A stretch of DNA of 64,000 nt, taken from Octopus sinensis (Eukaryota). Both the position numbers and the translations under genes were made by a program. Below, piece after piece: positions 51,334 to 63,989 of this stretch. The notes under the pieces are model-generated. The model saw only the letters and a program-made list of their open reading frames with translations. It did not search any database and was not told where the DNA came from. Within the stretch, counting starts at the first letter, position 1; every line of letters begins with the position of its first letter. The stretch spans positions 138,136,001 to 138,200,000 of the forward strand of contig NC_043000.1 in assembly GCF_006345805.1 (NCBI RefSeq), read 5' to 3'.

Positions 51334-51800
51334 ATTATGCATATTTTTTTTTTTTTTTTTTTTTTCTGTACTTGTTTCAGTCATTTGACTGCGGCCATGC
51401 TGGAGCACCGCCTTTTAGAGTGGTGAAAGAGTACAGCAGGGATCACCACCTCCTGCCGGAGCCTCATGGAGCTTTTAGGTGTTTTCGCTCAATAAACACA
51501 CACAACGCCCGGTCTGGGAATCGAAACCGCGATCCTCCGACCGCAAGTCCGCTGCCCTAACCACTAGGCCATTGCGCCTCCACATATGTATATATTGTGC
51601 ATGTCTTTGTGCCTGTGTTTGTCCCTCTATCAGTGTTGGTCTGTTTACCTCCCTGTAATTTAGCAGTTTGACAAAAGAAAGCTGAAGTATTCAGCTTAAA
51701 AATAATAAATCCTGGGGTTGAATTGTTTGACTAAAAATCCTTCAAGGTGGTGCTCCAGCATGGCTGCAGTCAAATGACTGAAACAAATAAAAGAATGAAA
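51150..51800 (+). mobile_element. Old B copy split by a chimeric G-head/B-tail insertion (minus, 51344-51583)
   Basis: B head 51150-51335 and B 3' half 51595-51800; the insert has a poly(A). Confidence 0.8.
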
Positions 51801-54800
51801 GGCTTGCATTTTGTAGCGAAGGTGATGACAGCTATATCCTTATTGATATTCCTGAATTTTTGTAAAGATGAAGGAAGTTCTTATACTGAAGTATTCTTTC
51901 ATACAGCTATATAAAAGATGAGATCCATTACTTCACACCTCATAAAGAGTCCAATATATCTGAGATGTTCAGAAATGTAGATGAGCATATGTGTTTTAAT
52001 AGTTACCTCAGCAATACTAGTTTCCCTTCCCACTCAACTTTGGTTAAACTGAATGATATGAAGTCTACACTGACTGTAACAGGAAAGTAGACAGCAGACA
52101 TGTAAAGTCCAAGTGATGCTATGTAGTAGTTACTGCATATGGTGCTTTATATCTGGAATAATACATAGATAAAGAGGTATTTGTACATATTATGGATTGC
52201 TAAGCATGAATTCCTGTTAATACAGAAATACTTCTAAAGCAAGTTTTTCTAAAGAGCCGCATTCTGAGTCCTTATCATGGATGGCCTTGTAGATGATAGT
52301 GGCATTCATTCATTGAAATATAGTAATTTCTGGAAGTAGATTTGCTTAATTTTCTCTTTGGAAACCTGAAAGTGACAGGTGAAAGATTTGGGGAATCTGG
52401 TGATTTCTAGCATTGTATGATACAAGTCATCTAATTTTTGTTGTCACAGCATCTGTCTTGGATACAAATGATTTCATTATGTATCTGGTTTTGGTGGAAG
52501 TAATTGCTATTGACAATGACTGAGAAGAGTTGATGAATACTGGTCGTAGTGAAGCCAAAACAACAAAGGTTGTGTGGGATGTGATGCATTTTGTCAGCAG
52601 GTTGACAGTCGGGATCATAGACTCTGAAATATATAGAAATGTAACATTCTATCAAGGAGCATTTTATCTGAAGTATAAGGAAGTTCTAAATATTTTCAAA
52701 GTAACATTTCAATTTTCTTGCTATTGTTATTTTTTGATATTTTTAGCTCCATTTCCATTGCAGCAACTTCCTAAAACAAACTCACTTTTCATATTCAAAT
52801 ATGCTTCAAGCAAACTACATATGCATGCATGTATGCATATGCATGTATGTGCATGAGTATGTGTGTGTACGTGTTTGTATGTGTGTTTGTGTATGTGTGT
52901 ATACTTATAGAGAGAAGTAATTTATTTGGAAAGGAAAGGAAAATATTTTCATTACTTTCAAAATAAAATAGATGAATGAAATGGTTGTTTCTGTTTCTTC
53001 CAGTAGTATTCATTTTATGTTCTCTCCTATTTTTTTTTGTTATGACACTTTCTCTTTGTCTATATACTGTTTCTGTTGGGTTATTCTTAAGAACTTAATA
53101 TTTCCCCAGAGTTTTCCCTCAGTATGCTGTCGTATCCCATATGGTTGCTTTGTTTCAAATTCATATTTCATACGATGAGGAAATAGAAGAAAAAAAATTG
53201 CAAATTGACAATAAAACATTCCAGGGAAGAGAATAGTTATAGTAGCTTTATGAATTCCATTAGAATTATGATGAAAACAAACATTTCAACAATGTTATTT
53301 TTACTACTGCAACTTCTGGAATCACTTGGTATTACTTGCATTATTTGTATACATTTGTATGTATTTGTATTTTAAAATTTTTTTGTTTATTCTTATTTAT
53401 TTAGTCATTGTTTTGTTCTGTCTCCCATGTTTTGTCCTTTTATTTGATATTAGGCTGTCAAAAAATGATTTATATGTTCGATAATGCTATTTTCACACAA
53501 ATACTAATAGCTTGATTCAGTTTGTTTTCTTTTATTTTTATTATTTTGTTGTTTCCTTCTTTATTTTTTTAAATCAATTTTTTTTTTTACATGTAATATG
53601 AATTTATGATTAATAAGTAAAATGATGGCATGCAAAGCTTTTTACAGAGAAAAAATATTGAAAAACAAACATATGCTTGTAAATAATAATGTTTTCATTT
53701 TAGAATTATTTAAACAGAACTGGGACAATTATTATACCTTCCTTGAGGTAGCCCAAATATTGTAATTTTTTTACCTGCTCAGGAAAAAAATATACATATA
53801 TATATAAATAAATAAGAATCAATCCATAATTTATCAAAACATAAAAATATTGGTAGTTTTATTTTACACATTATATTTTGAAGTAGAACCAAGAGGCATT
53901 TCTTTTGAAGCCTAAATTGGACTATACAACTGAACCTCATGTCTGTTTTTTAATATATGCAAAGTGCTACTTTTTTTAGAGCGTATCTTCTTGACAATAG
54001 CTTACCTGTTTTCTTTGTTGGAGTGGGTTTTCAATATCCATGTATCTTTTCATGTGTTTTGTACATCATTTTATCAGTGAATGAACTCTGTTATTTTCAA
54101 GTATAGCTCCCAGTATGTTACATCCTATATGATCTACTTTTACTACAAGTTACCTTTCACCACCAGCTGAAGATTTTCATCCCCAGCTGGCCTCATTCAT
54201 TTCCATCATATGAATATAGACGTCTTTCATGCTTATATTCATTAATATCCTTTGTGCCCAGTCTCTTTCTCAACTCTCTTTCACTTCTATCTCTCTAACA
54301 GCATACAATATAAACATTCTTAAATTCCTTATTTCTGATTACATTTTTGTTGGCAACAAATAAGCTTTGTTGTCAGCAATGACAAACATTACCTAAACGA
54401 GTTCCATCACTGTTATAGATATTTATGTAGGTGGGAATTGGCAGGCTTGTTACAGTGTTGAATTAAATTTCTCATGATAGTTGTGATGACTTTATTCACT
54501 CTAAATTCAAATAATGTTGCCCTTTATATTTTTGTAGTTGATAAAAAAAGCATATAACTCCCAGGCATTGGTCTATCAGAATTATTAGACTATTGGATGG
54601 GATGCTTTGTGTATACTTCCTCTGTGCATTATGGGTTCAAATCCAGTCCAAAAATGTTAACACTTCTGTCTAGAGTTGTAATAAGCAGATAGCACCATCA
54701 CACAGAGCAGGTTTACTACCCTTACTTAATAAGTCAATATTTCAGATCATTAGCCTTTCCTTTTAAATTATTATCTACTTTAATTAATCAACAAAGAAAA

Positions 54801-55799
54801 TGTGTTCTTTGTGCAATTACTGTGAATAATTCACCACGACTGTTACAAGAACTAGCCTTCTTCTCTATAGCTATGTCTTTCTTTTCATTGTTGTCCCTCA
54901 TTCTCTATCTCTTTTTGTTCAAGTATTTCAGAAAGAGAGAGAAAAAACAAAAAACGATTTTAGAAAAACGGAAGGTGATAAATAAACAAAAAATAATCAC
55001 GATGTACACAAATATATTTTCCGATTTTTCTTACACTGATACCAACACTTTGCGCTTCCATTATTTGCTAACAGTACTTCATTTCATTTTTCTGCCTTTC
55101 TTCATCTTCTTTCTGGACAGACAGTAGGGTGTTGTTTGAAGGAGATTTAGCTATTATTTCTCAAAATAAATGCAACTGAAGCATTTGATGTGAGATGACA
55201 GATTATAATACACAGTTTTTTGAGCATTCATTTAGTTGTTTCTCAATATATGAGTCAGACATATATACAAACAATTCCTATCTTTAGTCAGAGATTATGT
55301 TTTATGGTCTAATAAATATACATTCACTGCTCAGGTCTGTTCACTTACAGCACTCTAATCCACACTTCTTTGCTTCTATTATCTGTTATGTAATTTAAGT
55401 CTCTTCAATTGTTCTGATCAATTTACATTTATGCTTCCTAGGATGAAGAAGTTCATATAAGGAGTGTATTCAATTGGTATTGCTTCTTTCATGGAAAGAA
55501 GCTTTGTGTCTAACAAAACAAAATCAATATTAAGAGAGGAACCCTGTTGCCATACAAATTTCAAAACACACACTGACACACACACACATACAGACACACA
55601 AACATACAGACACACATGTGCCAATGTGCACACACACACACACACGTACCAATGTGCACACACACACACACACACACACAAAGTGCCTTTACAATAGATT
55701 TTAAGACTTCTTGATGTAATAAGACCGTTTGCATTTATAATTAGAACAGTTAAAATTATGAAGAAACTAATTTGGTGGCATCATCGAAAATTTCTTCCT

Positions 55800-56350
55800 T
55801 GCTTGAATGACACTGGTTGCATAGCTTAAGGGTTCCAACTTGTTATGTATCAGCTTCCCCTACAATTAGTAAATATTGGTATCAAGGAGGAATAGTAGGT
55901 TTTATAGCAGTTCTTTCAATTCTTTTCCAGAGCAGGTCTTCTGCCATTTGTACCAACTTGGCACCCTTGGCACTAATCAGACACACAGCTCTTGCCAGTA
56001 ACTCCACGAACTGTTTGCAAGCAGCAGTGCATGACATTCTGGAGAGAATACTGACAGGCTGAGATAGTGGTCACCATCGAAGGTGACCAATATGTCTTAA
56101 ACACTCAGTGAAGATATGTAAGTTGCTGGTCACTTAACGCATAATAAAAGGGAAATTTCAGCAGACTGTGAAGTGGAAAACCCAATTATTTGTGGTCAGT
56201 TCTCAACAGGTAGAAAGGCAATGTTTTGTGAGACATATACCTCAGAATATAGCAGGACAAATAGATTACCCTGGTCATCCCACTGTATCCTTGCTATGTC
56301 AGTTGTCAAATCTTAGCAAACCTCGCAACCAGTCCACTAAGTCAAGAATG
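55800..56350 (-). mobile_element. Possible piggyBac C-terminal cysteine-rich-domain remnant
   Basis: HCCLQ...CQGCQV...KNCYKTYY spacing resembles the piggyBac CRD; stops present. Confidence 0.25.
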
Positions 56351-57009
56351 AGAGACTGAAGCTGGTCATTTAGCTCAGTCCAAATTACTAACTCGTGAGG
56401 ATCTACCAGAGTCACTAACAAGGTATTAGTCAGCCTGGGGCTGTAGCAGAAGACACTTGCTCAAGTTGCTGTGCCATGAGACTGAACCTGAAACCATGTA
56501 ATTACAAAATGAGCTTCTTAACAACACAGTCTAATGTACATAATGAATCTTCATATCTATGATATACATATGTACAGGTGCATCAGATTATGTAAGCCAA
56601 ATGCATAAAGAATATGAAGAATACATTTCACTTCAAAGCAAAAAGCCCATATTACTCTCTAGTAATTCAGAGACAAAAATGTTCTGACATCCATGCAATG
56701 GCAAACGTTAGGAATTTTCCATTTTGAATTAAAACTAATCCCTAAAAAGCGAAAGAATTAAATTAGTTTGAACCTTCTTTTCTTTGTCTAAGTTGCAATC
56801 TTAAGCTGTGTCCAGAACAGAGAATTAAAGTGAAACAAGAAAATTAACCTTTGTATGGAGTATTGTGTATAAAGAAATTCTGTAAAGCTATAGATTAGGT
56901 TTACAATATTGTAAAACGAATAAAAGTTCATAGAACATAAATATGTTTCATAAATAAAAAATAATGACAATATAACACACACACACGCACACACACACAC
57001 ATACACAAA

Positions 57010-57230
57010 TATCTATTGCATAAAATCCATTCTGTCTGTGTGTGTGTGTGTGTCTTCTACGATCTCGGGCATCCTCCATCTGATTGCGTTCAAATTTGAT
57101 ATGTAGATACCGACGGTATCAGAGCATGTTTAAGTCTTGAAAAAATTACAAAAATCGATTCCAGGTGAGAATGCGATCGATAAAGTGAATAAAATAGTTT
57201 TTCTTTGGAATAGGAAAAAAGTCTATCTTT
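57010..57230 (+). mobile_element. Helitron-like non-autonomous 5' fragment
   Basis: ATCTATT..AAAATCCATTCTGTCTG(TG)n...CAAATTTG layout typical of small Helitrons. Confidence 0.4.
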
Positions 57231-57381
57231 ATTTCTTCTTTTGCTGGTGTCTCAAATTTATGTTAAATCAGTGTTTCTCAAAGGGGAGGCCTATGGAAGG
57301 GGCAGACAAGTTATTATGAGAAAATTTGGCTTAAATGTTTGACAACTCAGCACCGTCCATTGGACAGGGCCATTTTGCTTG

Positions 57382-57422
<41 letters not shown>

Positions 57423-58133
57423 CATGTATGTGTGTGTGTTTGGTTCTACCTTAATACAGTTCTGATATAATGTTGTTGTTGAACAACTTCAATAATTTGA
57501 ATATATAATGAAATAGTAAAATTAGAAATCTGTTAGCATTTAAAGCTTACTATCTGTAAGATGGATGTGTGTGTGTGTGTGCAAGCATGCATGCGCATAT
57601 ACGTATATATGTACAATTATCATCATCATAAAGGTATTATGTTTCAAGTGTCATAATCATCTAAAACAGAGGTGGAGAACCCTTTTTCATTGGAAGCTGC
57701 ATTGAAGTTAACTGCCACAAGGGAATGCCACATTAAAAATTACTTATATGACAAAAATTAAATAATTGATGAACACTTTAGCAAAATGTTCATGGCTGTC
57801 TTTAAAAGAGCCACATATGTTGACAAGTCAGTGTGTGGTACTGGGTTACAGCTTGAATTTACATTTTCCTGATTAATCATAGCAGGTAGATTAAGTAATA
57901 TAAATTGTTGTCTTCAAAATTTACAAACAGTTGAAACGATAGGCATTATTAAGATTTAATCAATAAAGATATATTCCAATATAAGAATTTTGCCTCGATG
58001 GTTGTATAATTATAAGGAAACTGTGTTGGACTCTCATAAAAGTACACGAGCAGTATAATGCTCTTTGTTTAGATCACAGTCAGATTTTCCCGGCGTGTGT
58101 TCAAATTGCATTCCTGGCGTTTCAATTTTTTGT

Positions 58134-58497
58134 AGGTACAGGAGTGGCTGTGTGGTAAATAGCTTGCTTACCAACTACATGGTTCCGGGTTCAGCCCCAC
58201 TGCGTGGCACCTTGGGCAAGTGTTTTCTACTATAGCCTCGGGCAGACCAAAGCCTTGTGAGTGGATTTAGTAGACAGAAACTGAAAAGAAGCCCATTGTA
58301 TATATGTATATGTATATATATATGTGTATGTTTGTCCCCCCAACATCACTTGACAACCGTTGGTGGTGTGTTTACATCCCTGTAACTTAGCAGTTCAGCA
58401 AAGGAGACCAATAAAATAAGTACTAGGCTTACAAAGAATAAGTCCTGGGGTTAATTTGCTCCACTAAAGGTGGTGTTCCAGCATGGCCACAGTCAAA
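58134..58497 (+). mobile_element. SINE family B
   Basis: Near full-length match. Confidence 0.88.
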
Positions 58498-59404
58498 CTG
58501 TAACTCCACTTTCTTTCAAGTGTATAATGATTCAAAGAAACTTCTCCAAGAAAGCCTGGTTTATTGTGTTTCATTTTAACAATGTTGATTATCATTAGAG
58601 CTACAGTGAATATTGGTAAGAAAACTCTGCTTGCAGATTCAGGATGTTATGTGACTTGGAATAAGTGGTTTGTATTTTCTAGCAGCTCTCATAGCTTAAA
58701 ATACAAAACAGATATTTATATAGATGTCACAAAGCTAGCAATTATCTGCATTGTTAGGAGTAAAAACACTTTTTGCATACCAATTAAAGGCAGCAGGAGA
58801 GACAAAAATTAAAACCCCTCAACCAGTCTTAACAATTTACCTCATTGCATCGTAGAATAATGCTTACGGTAGACTATTTGGACACCATTGTTTATAGAAG
58901 CAGAAGACAGTGATTAATGAGGACAGGCTTTTGGAAATGTTAAGGCCATCAATTTGTTAGAGGGTGGAGATAATTTCTTGATATATGTGTAACTAGAGCA
59001 ATCATTGGTATTACACTCTGCAAAACTAAGGAATATTTCTTACAATCCTAATAGATCTCATTGTTTCAGTAAAAATTATTTCCTGATTTCTTAATATACA
59101 TTCCAAAAGAAAATGATTACATACATTATATATATATATATATACATATGTGTATTACATGTATATACACACATATGCATGCATTTATATATGTACATAT
59201 ATATATATGCAGACACACGCGAATATGTATCAATGTATATATGTACCAACACCGATGCATAAGCCTGAATGGCCAGATTTTTACCAGACTTTACCAGACT
59301 TTTTGACCCAGTACATCTTTATCAGCAAATGAAAATAGAGGCTTTAAATTTTGTTGTTAGTGTTGCATCATATCATATTTGTTCTCTCTAGCTCATTATA
59401 GCAT

Positions 59405-59806
59405 ACTCTTCTACTCTTTTACTTGTTTCAGTCATTTGACTGTGGCCATGCTGGAGCACCGCCTTTAGACGAGCAAATCGACCCCGGGACTTATTCTTTG
59501 TAAGCCCAGTACTTATTCTATCGGTCTCTTTTGCCGAACCGCTAAGTGACGGGGATGTAAACACACCAGCATCGGTTGTCAAGCAATGCAAGGGGGGCAA
59601 ACACAGACACACAAACACACACACACACACACATATATATACACATATATACGACGGGCTTCTTTCAGTTTCCGTCAACCAAATCCACTCACAAGGCTTT
59701 GGTCGGCCTGGGGCTATAGCAGAAGACACATGCCCAAGATGCCACACAGTGGGAGTGAACCCGGAACCATGTGGTTGGTTAGCAAGCTACTTACCACACA
59801 GCCACT
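59405..59806 (-). mobile_element. SINE family B
   Basis: Full-length match. Confidence 0.9.
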
Positions 59807-60112
59807 CTTATATCTTTGTCATTTTATGTTAGCCTCTATATTTTACCTTCGTATAAAATATTTCTGTTTATTAATATCTACAGGTACAATAGCCATTGCA
59901 GGCCCTCCCACACTATTGCGTGCTATGAACATTCACATAACTAATAACTAATGTTCTTTTCTGACAAAAACTTTAAAATGCCTTTCCGTGTAATTGGACA
60001 ATTTCTCTGTAAACATGCTTTGTGTATGAGCATTATATTTCAGTATATATGGAAAAATATGCTATAATGCATGAGTGTCTGTACAGTTGTCAAGTAATTT
60101 GCATGCACGTAT

Positions 60113-60159
<47 letters not shown>

Positions 60160-60182
60160 TACATACATACATACATACATAC

Positions 60183-60224
<42 letters not shown>

Positions 60225-60340
60225 GGTTAAGTAATTGAGATTCAAGTGAATTCTAAAGAATTCACATGAATAAGGTCCTTAACTAGGATGCACCGGAAAT
60301 CTATATGGTGTTAACCATACGACAAGTGGGGTGATTACAA

Positions 60341-60447
60341 ATAGGAAAAAGCAACAAGAATGGATTAAAATCTCGGTACGATCGTTTCGTACGAGGACGA
60401 AACGATCGTACCGAGATTTTAATCCATTCTTGTTGCTTTTTTCCTAT
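60341..60447. repeat. 50-bp-arm hairpin made of two hammerhead 3' halves (putative PLE pLTR inversion)
   Basis: Arms 60341-60390 / 60397-60447, 6-nt loop, one extra T; each arm carries CGAAAC-GATC-GTA. Confidence 0.85.
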
Positions 60448-60564
60448 ATATATATATATGTATATATAACGGGAAGGTTTACGAAAATAAACAAAAGACG
60501 AAGGCAGGTGGAGTACAAACAAACAATGTATTAGTATGGCGCTCAGGAATAGAAATAAAACAAG

Positions 60565-60602
60565 TCTTTTACGTTTCGAGCCTACACTCTTTGACAGAAA
60601 GA
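60565..60602 (-). ncRNA. Degenerate minimal hammerhead-like motif
   Basis: TCTTT-CTGTCAA-A-GAGT-GTAG-GCTC-GAAAC-GTA-AAAGA: stems I and II pair, GAAAC/GUA intact, 5' core deviant. Confidence 0.45.
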
Positions 60603-60664
60603 TACTCAGAAAAGAACCAAGGAGAGAAACAAGGAGAGAAAAAAAATTGCATGAAGGGGCTAAC

Positions 60665-60695
<31 letters not shown>

Positions 60696-61196
60696 TATAT
60701 GGCATGTTGGCTGTGGCTAGGACAATGCCATTAATATTACTTTCGTTTCATTTCTACAGCCCTGCTACTGGAGTTGCTACTTTTGGTGAATGAGATATTT
60801 GGATACTGTTGCCTTTGTTTCCATCTCTTACTGTGACTTGGATTCATCTGGAATCTCAGATGAAAAGATGCCCAGTTTTCTTTTTTTTTTCCTTAGATTT
60901 TATACATCTCTTGTGTATGTTATCTGGTACTGAAAATTGTGGGCCCTTAAATGCTTAGTTGTTACAATATTGGACACTAACTCTAGATGGAATTTGTAGA
61001 GGTACCTATTTCAAGGATTTATATAGCTTTCATTTTCAAGCAAGGTTTTGGCACTAGACCCTCTATGATCTCATATATATATATATTTACATATAATAAT
61101 AATAATATTACAGAGAATAACTCCAAACTTACAGGGAAAAATTCAATTTAGTATTAAATCAAATTTCAGAATATAAACATATATATATATATATAA

Positions 61197-62110
61197 TCAA
61201 AATAAGCAACAAGAATGACTCCGGTAATTTGGTATAATCGTTTCGTACTACATCATTTTATTAAATGTTGTAAGTATTACAACAGATTTAAGATGCTGAG
61301 TACTCATCAGCCAATTATAGAGGTTTTGCATTAATACAAAAGTTTTCAAATCAAGTGGCAATATTATAGAGACGGTAGATATACAGACAAAGATGTGGAT
61401 TTAAATTTTAAGAACATATGAGGTAGTGAAGTCCTTCCACTAACTGACCAAGATATGGCTGTTCCTAACTGCTATAAGGTTAGAAGTAATAAAGATTTTT
61501 TTAATTGTAGAAATGGGATAAAGGAGGTTTCAGAACTCCATAAAAGAAATTCATGTTGAAGACAGAAATTGCCACTAACAAATGCCAATTACTACTATTT
61601 GGTGTGAGAAACTAGGTCAATGTCAAATGGTCTTAATCCCATTTACAGAGAGTGTAATTTAGAGAAATAAAAAGGGGAAAACCTATCACTTATTATTATG
61701 AGTAGGCATAGTATTTTATAACTGGGGGAAAGCCTTATTAATTTTAAAGCTAGATTAAATTTAGAAAAAATTTCAATTTCAAGTTTGCAGTGAAGTTTTT
61801 TTAGTCATCTATGAATGTTAAATTGAAAGCTAGTATAGTATATTTCTTATTATTTGATTATAAAGAATTAAAATTTGAAAAATATAGGAATACTCACAAA
61901 ATTATTATTTAAAGTATTTAAACGTTTGGGTTGTGCAATGTATACAAGAAACTCCAAACGCCAGATGATTATTCAACAGATTTGTATTACTCTGATGTTT
62001 TAAAATTTCATAAGTTTCCATAGAACAAAGTTGACAACCATCCCTACTATTTCTATAAGGTTGCGCCCTTCTAACAATAATTTGATTGATCCAAAAGCAA
62101 TTCAATTTAA
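61197..62110 (-). mobile_element. Penelope-like element 3' end (end of ORF plus pLTR)
   Basis: ORF 61905-62105 RAQPY...CQLCSMETYEILK...NLLN...SCIH matches the AxPY-CxLCxxE-LLN-CxH motif after the GIY-YIG domain of PLEs; hammerhead downstream; ends at (TA)n. Confidence 0.7.
61226..61316 (-). ncRNA. Type I hammerhead ribozyme fold, probably inactivated
   Basis: AATTGG-CTGATGA-GTACT...AGTAC-GAAAC-GATT-ATA-CCAAATT; intact CUGAUGA and GAAA, perfect 5-bp stem II; stem III/cleavage triplet mutated. Confidence 0.75.
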
Positions 62111-62159
62111 ATTTTAATTGTAATTTGAATTGAAGATATAGCCACGAAACGTAATTATA

Positions 62160-62576
62160 TCTCTTTACTCTTTTACTCTTTTACTTGTTTCAGTCATTTG
62201 ACTGCGGCCATGCTGGAGCACTGCCTTTAGTCGAGCAAATCGACCCCGGGACTTATTCTTTGTAAGCCCAGTACTTATTCTATCGGTCTCTTTTGCCGAA
62301 CCGCTAAGTGACAGGGATGTAAACACACCAGCATTGGTTGTCAAGCAATGCTAGAGGGACAAACACAGACACACATACACACACACATACATATATATAT
62401 ACATATATGCGACAGGCTTCTTTCAGTTTCCATCTGCCAAATCCATTCACAGGGCTTTGGTTGGCCCGAGGCTATAGCAGAAGACACTTGCCCAAGATGC
62501 CACGCAGTGGGACTGAACCCGGAACCATGTGGTTGGTTAGCAAGCTACTTACCACACAGCCACTCCTGCGCCTATA
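62160..62576 (-). mobile_element. SINE family B
   Basis: Full-length match. Confidence 0.9.
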
Positions 62577-62961
62577 TACTGTTTATTTATTCTTCTTCTT
62601 CTTCTTCTTCTTCTTATTATTATTATTATTATTATTATGTACTTCTTGTGATCTAGGTAAATGTTTTATCATATTTTTTATTTTTTCTATATGATATGAT
62701 TTACGTCTATCATTGTTTGAATTGAATTGTGCGGATATAGAAATTAATGTAAGGATAAGAAAATTAGACAGATCAATATATAAAGTGTATTAAATACATA
62801 AAATACAACTGAAGATAGCACTGTATTTAAATTGAAGTAATGCTTGCACTGTTCAATTAAATGGAGCCACTTGAGGTGGATATATTGTACTAGTACTTGA
62901 CATCCTGTTACTTATTTCGATTTTATATGTGCGTGTGTGTGTGTGTGTGTATGTATATACT

Positions 62962-63370
62962 CTTACTCTTTGACATGTTTCAGTCATTTGACTGCGGCCA
63001 TGTTGGAGCACCGCCTTTAGTCGAGCAAATCGACCCCGGGACTTATTCTTTGTAAGCCCAGTACTTATTCTATCGGTCTCTTTTGCCGAACCGCTAAGTG
63101 ACGGGGACGTAAACACACCAGCATCGGTTGTCAAGCAATGCTAGGGGGATAAACACAGACACACAAACACATACACACACATACATATATATATATATAT
63201 ACATATATACGACAGGCTTCTTTCAGTTTCTGTCTACCAAATCCACTCACAAGGCATTGGTCGGCCTGGGGCTATAGCAGAAGACACTTGCCCAAGATGC
63301 CACACAGTGGGACTGAACCCGAAACCATGTGGTTGGTTAGCAAGCTACGTACCACACAGCCACTCCTGCA
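62962..63370 (-). mobile_element. SINE family B
   Basis: Full-length match. Confidence 0.9.
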
Positions 63371-63384
63371 ACTATATCTATGTG

Positions 63385-63612
63385 TGCATGTCTTTGTCTC
63401 TGCATTTGTCCCCTGTCACCACTTGACAACTGTTGCTAGTGTGTTTATGTTCCCATAACTTAGCTGTTCAGCAAAAGAGCCCGATAGAAAAAAAATATTA
63501 GGCTTTTAAAAAGCAAAAACATCCCTGGGGTCAAATTGTCTGACTAAAAAACCCCTTCAAGACAGTGCTCCTGCATGGCCACAGTCAAACAACTGAAACA
63601 AGTAAAGACTAA
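63385..63612 (+). mobile_element. Old SINE family B 3' half
   Basis: Diverged match. Confidence 0.75.
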
Positions 63613-63904
63613 ATGAGAAAATATATAAGAGGATGTGGTGGGGAAGGAGGGTGTTGTGGACGAGCGAGTATCTGTGTTCATGTCAGTACTTTAAGTATAA
63701 TCAAACAATTGGATATTCAATTACTGAATCTCACTGTACCACATATATATATAGAGAGATATACTAAGATAAAATGGTTGATAGATACATAAATACTTTT
63801 ATATATATGCACATTAATATAAATACAAATATATATGAATCATGCCTATATCTACCTATCTATTTTTTAAATCTATCTATCTGTGTGAGTGTGTCTGTGT
63901 CTGT

Positions 63905-63919
63905 GTATAATATATACAT

Positions 63920-63957
<38 letters not shown>

Positions 63958-63958
63958 T

Positions 63959-63989
<31 letters not shown>

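Noticed and set aside
51830-52660. Possible LINE C-terminal zinc-knuckle remnant (CVGCDAFCQQVDSRDH)
   Set aside because: Single weak motif amid stops; not supportable without an HMM search
53700-54090. Minus-strand donor/acceptor-like signals (AG|GTAAGC near 54005)
   Set aside because: No frame-consistent exon chain could be built
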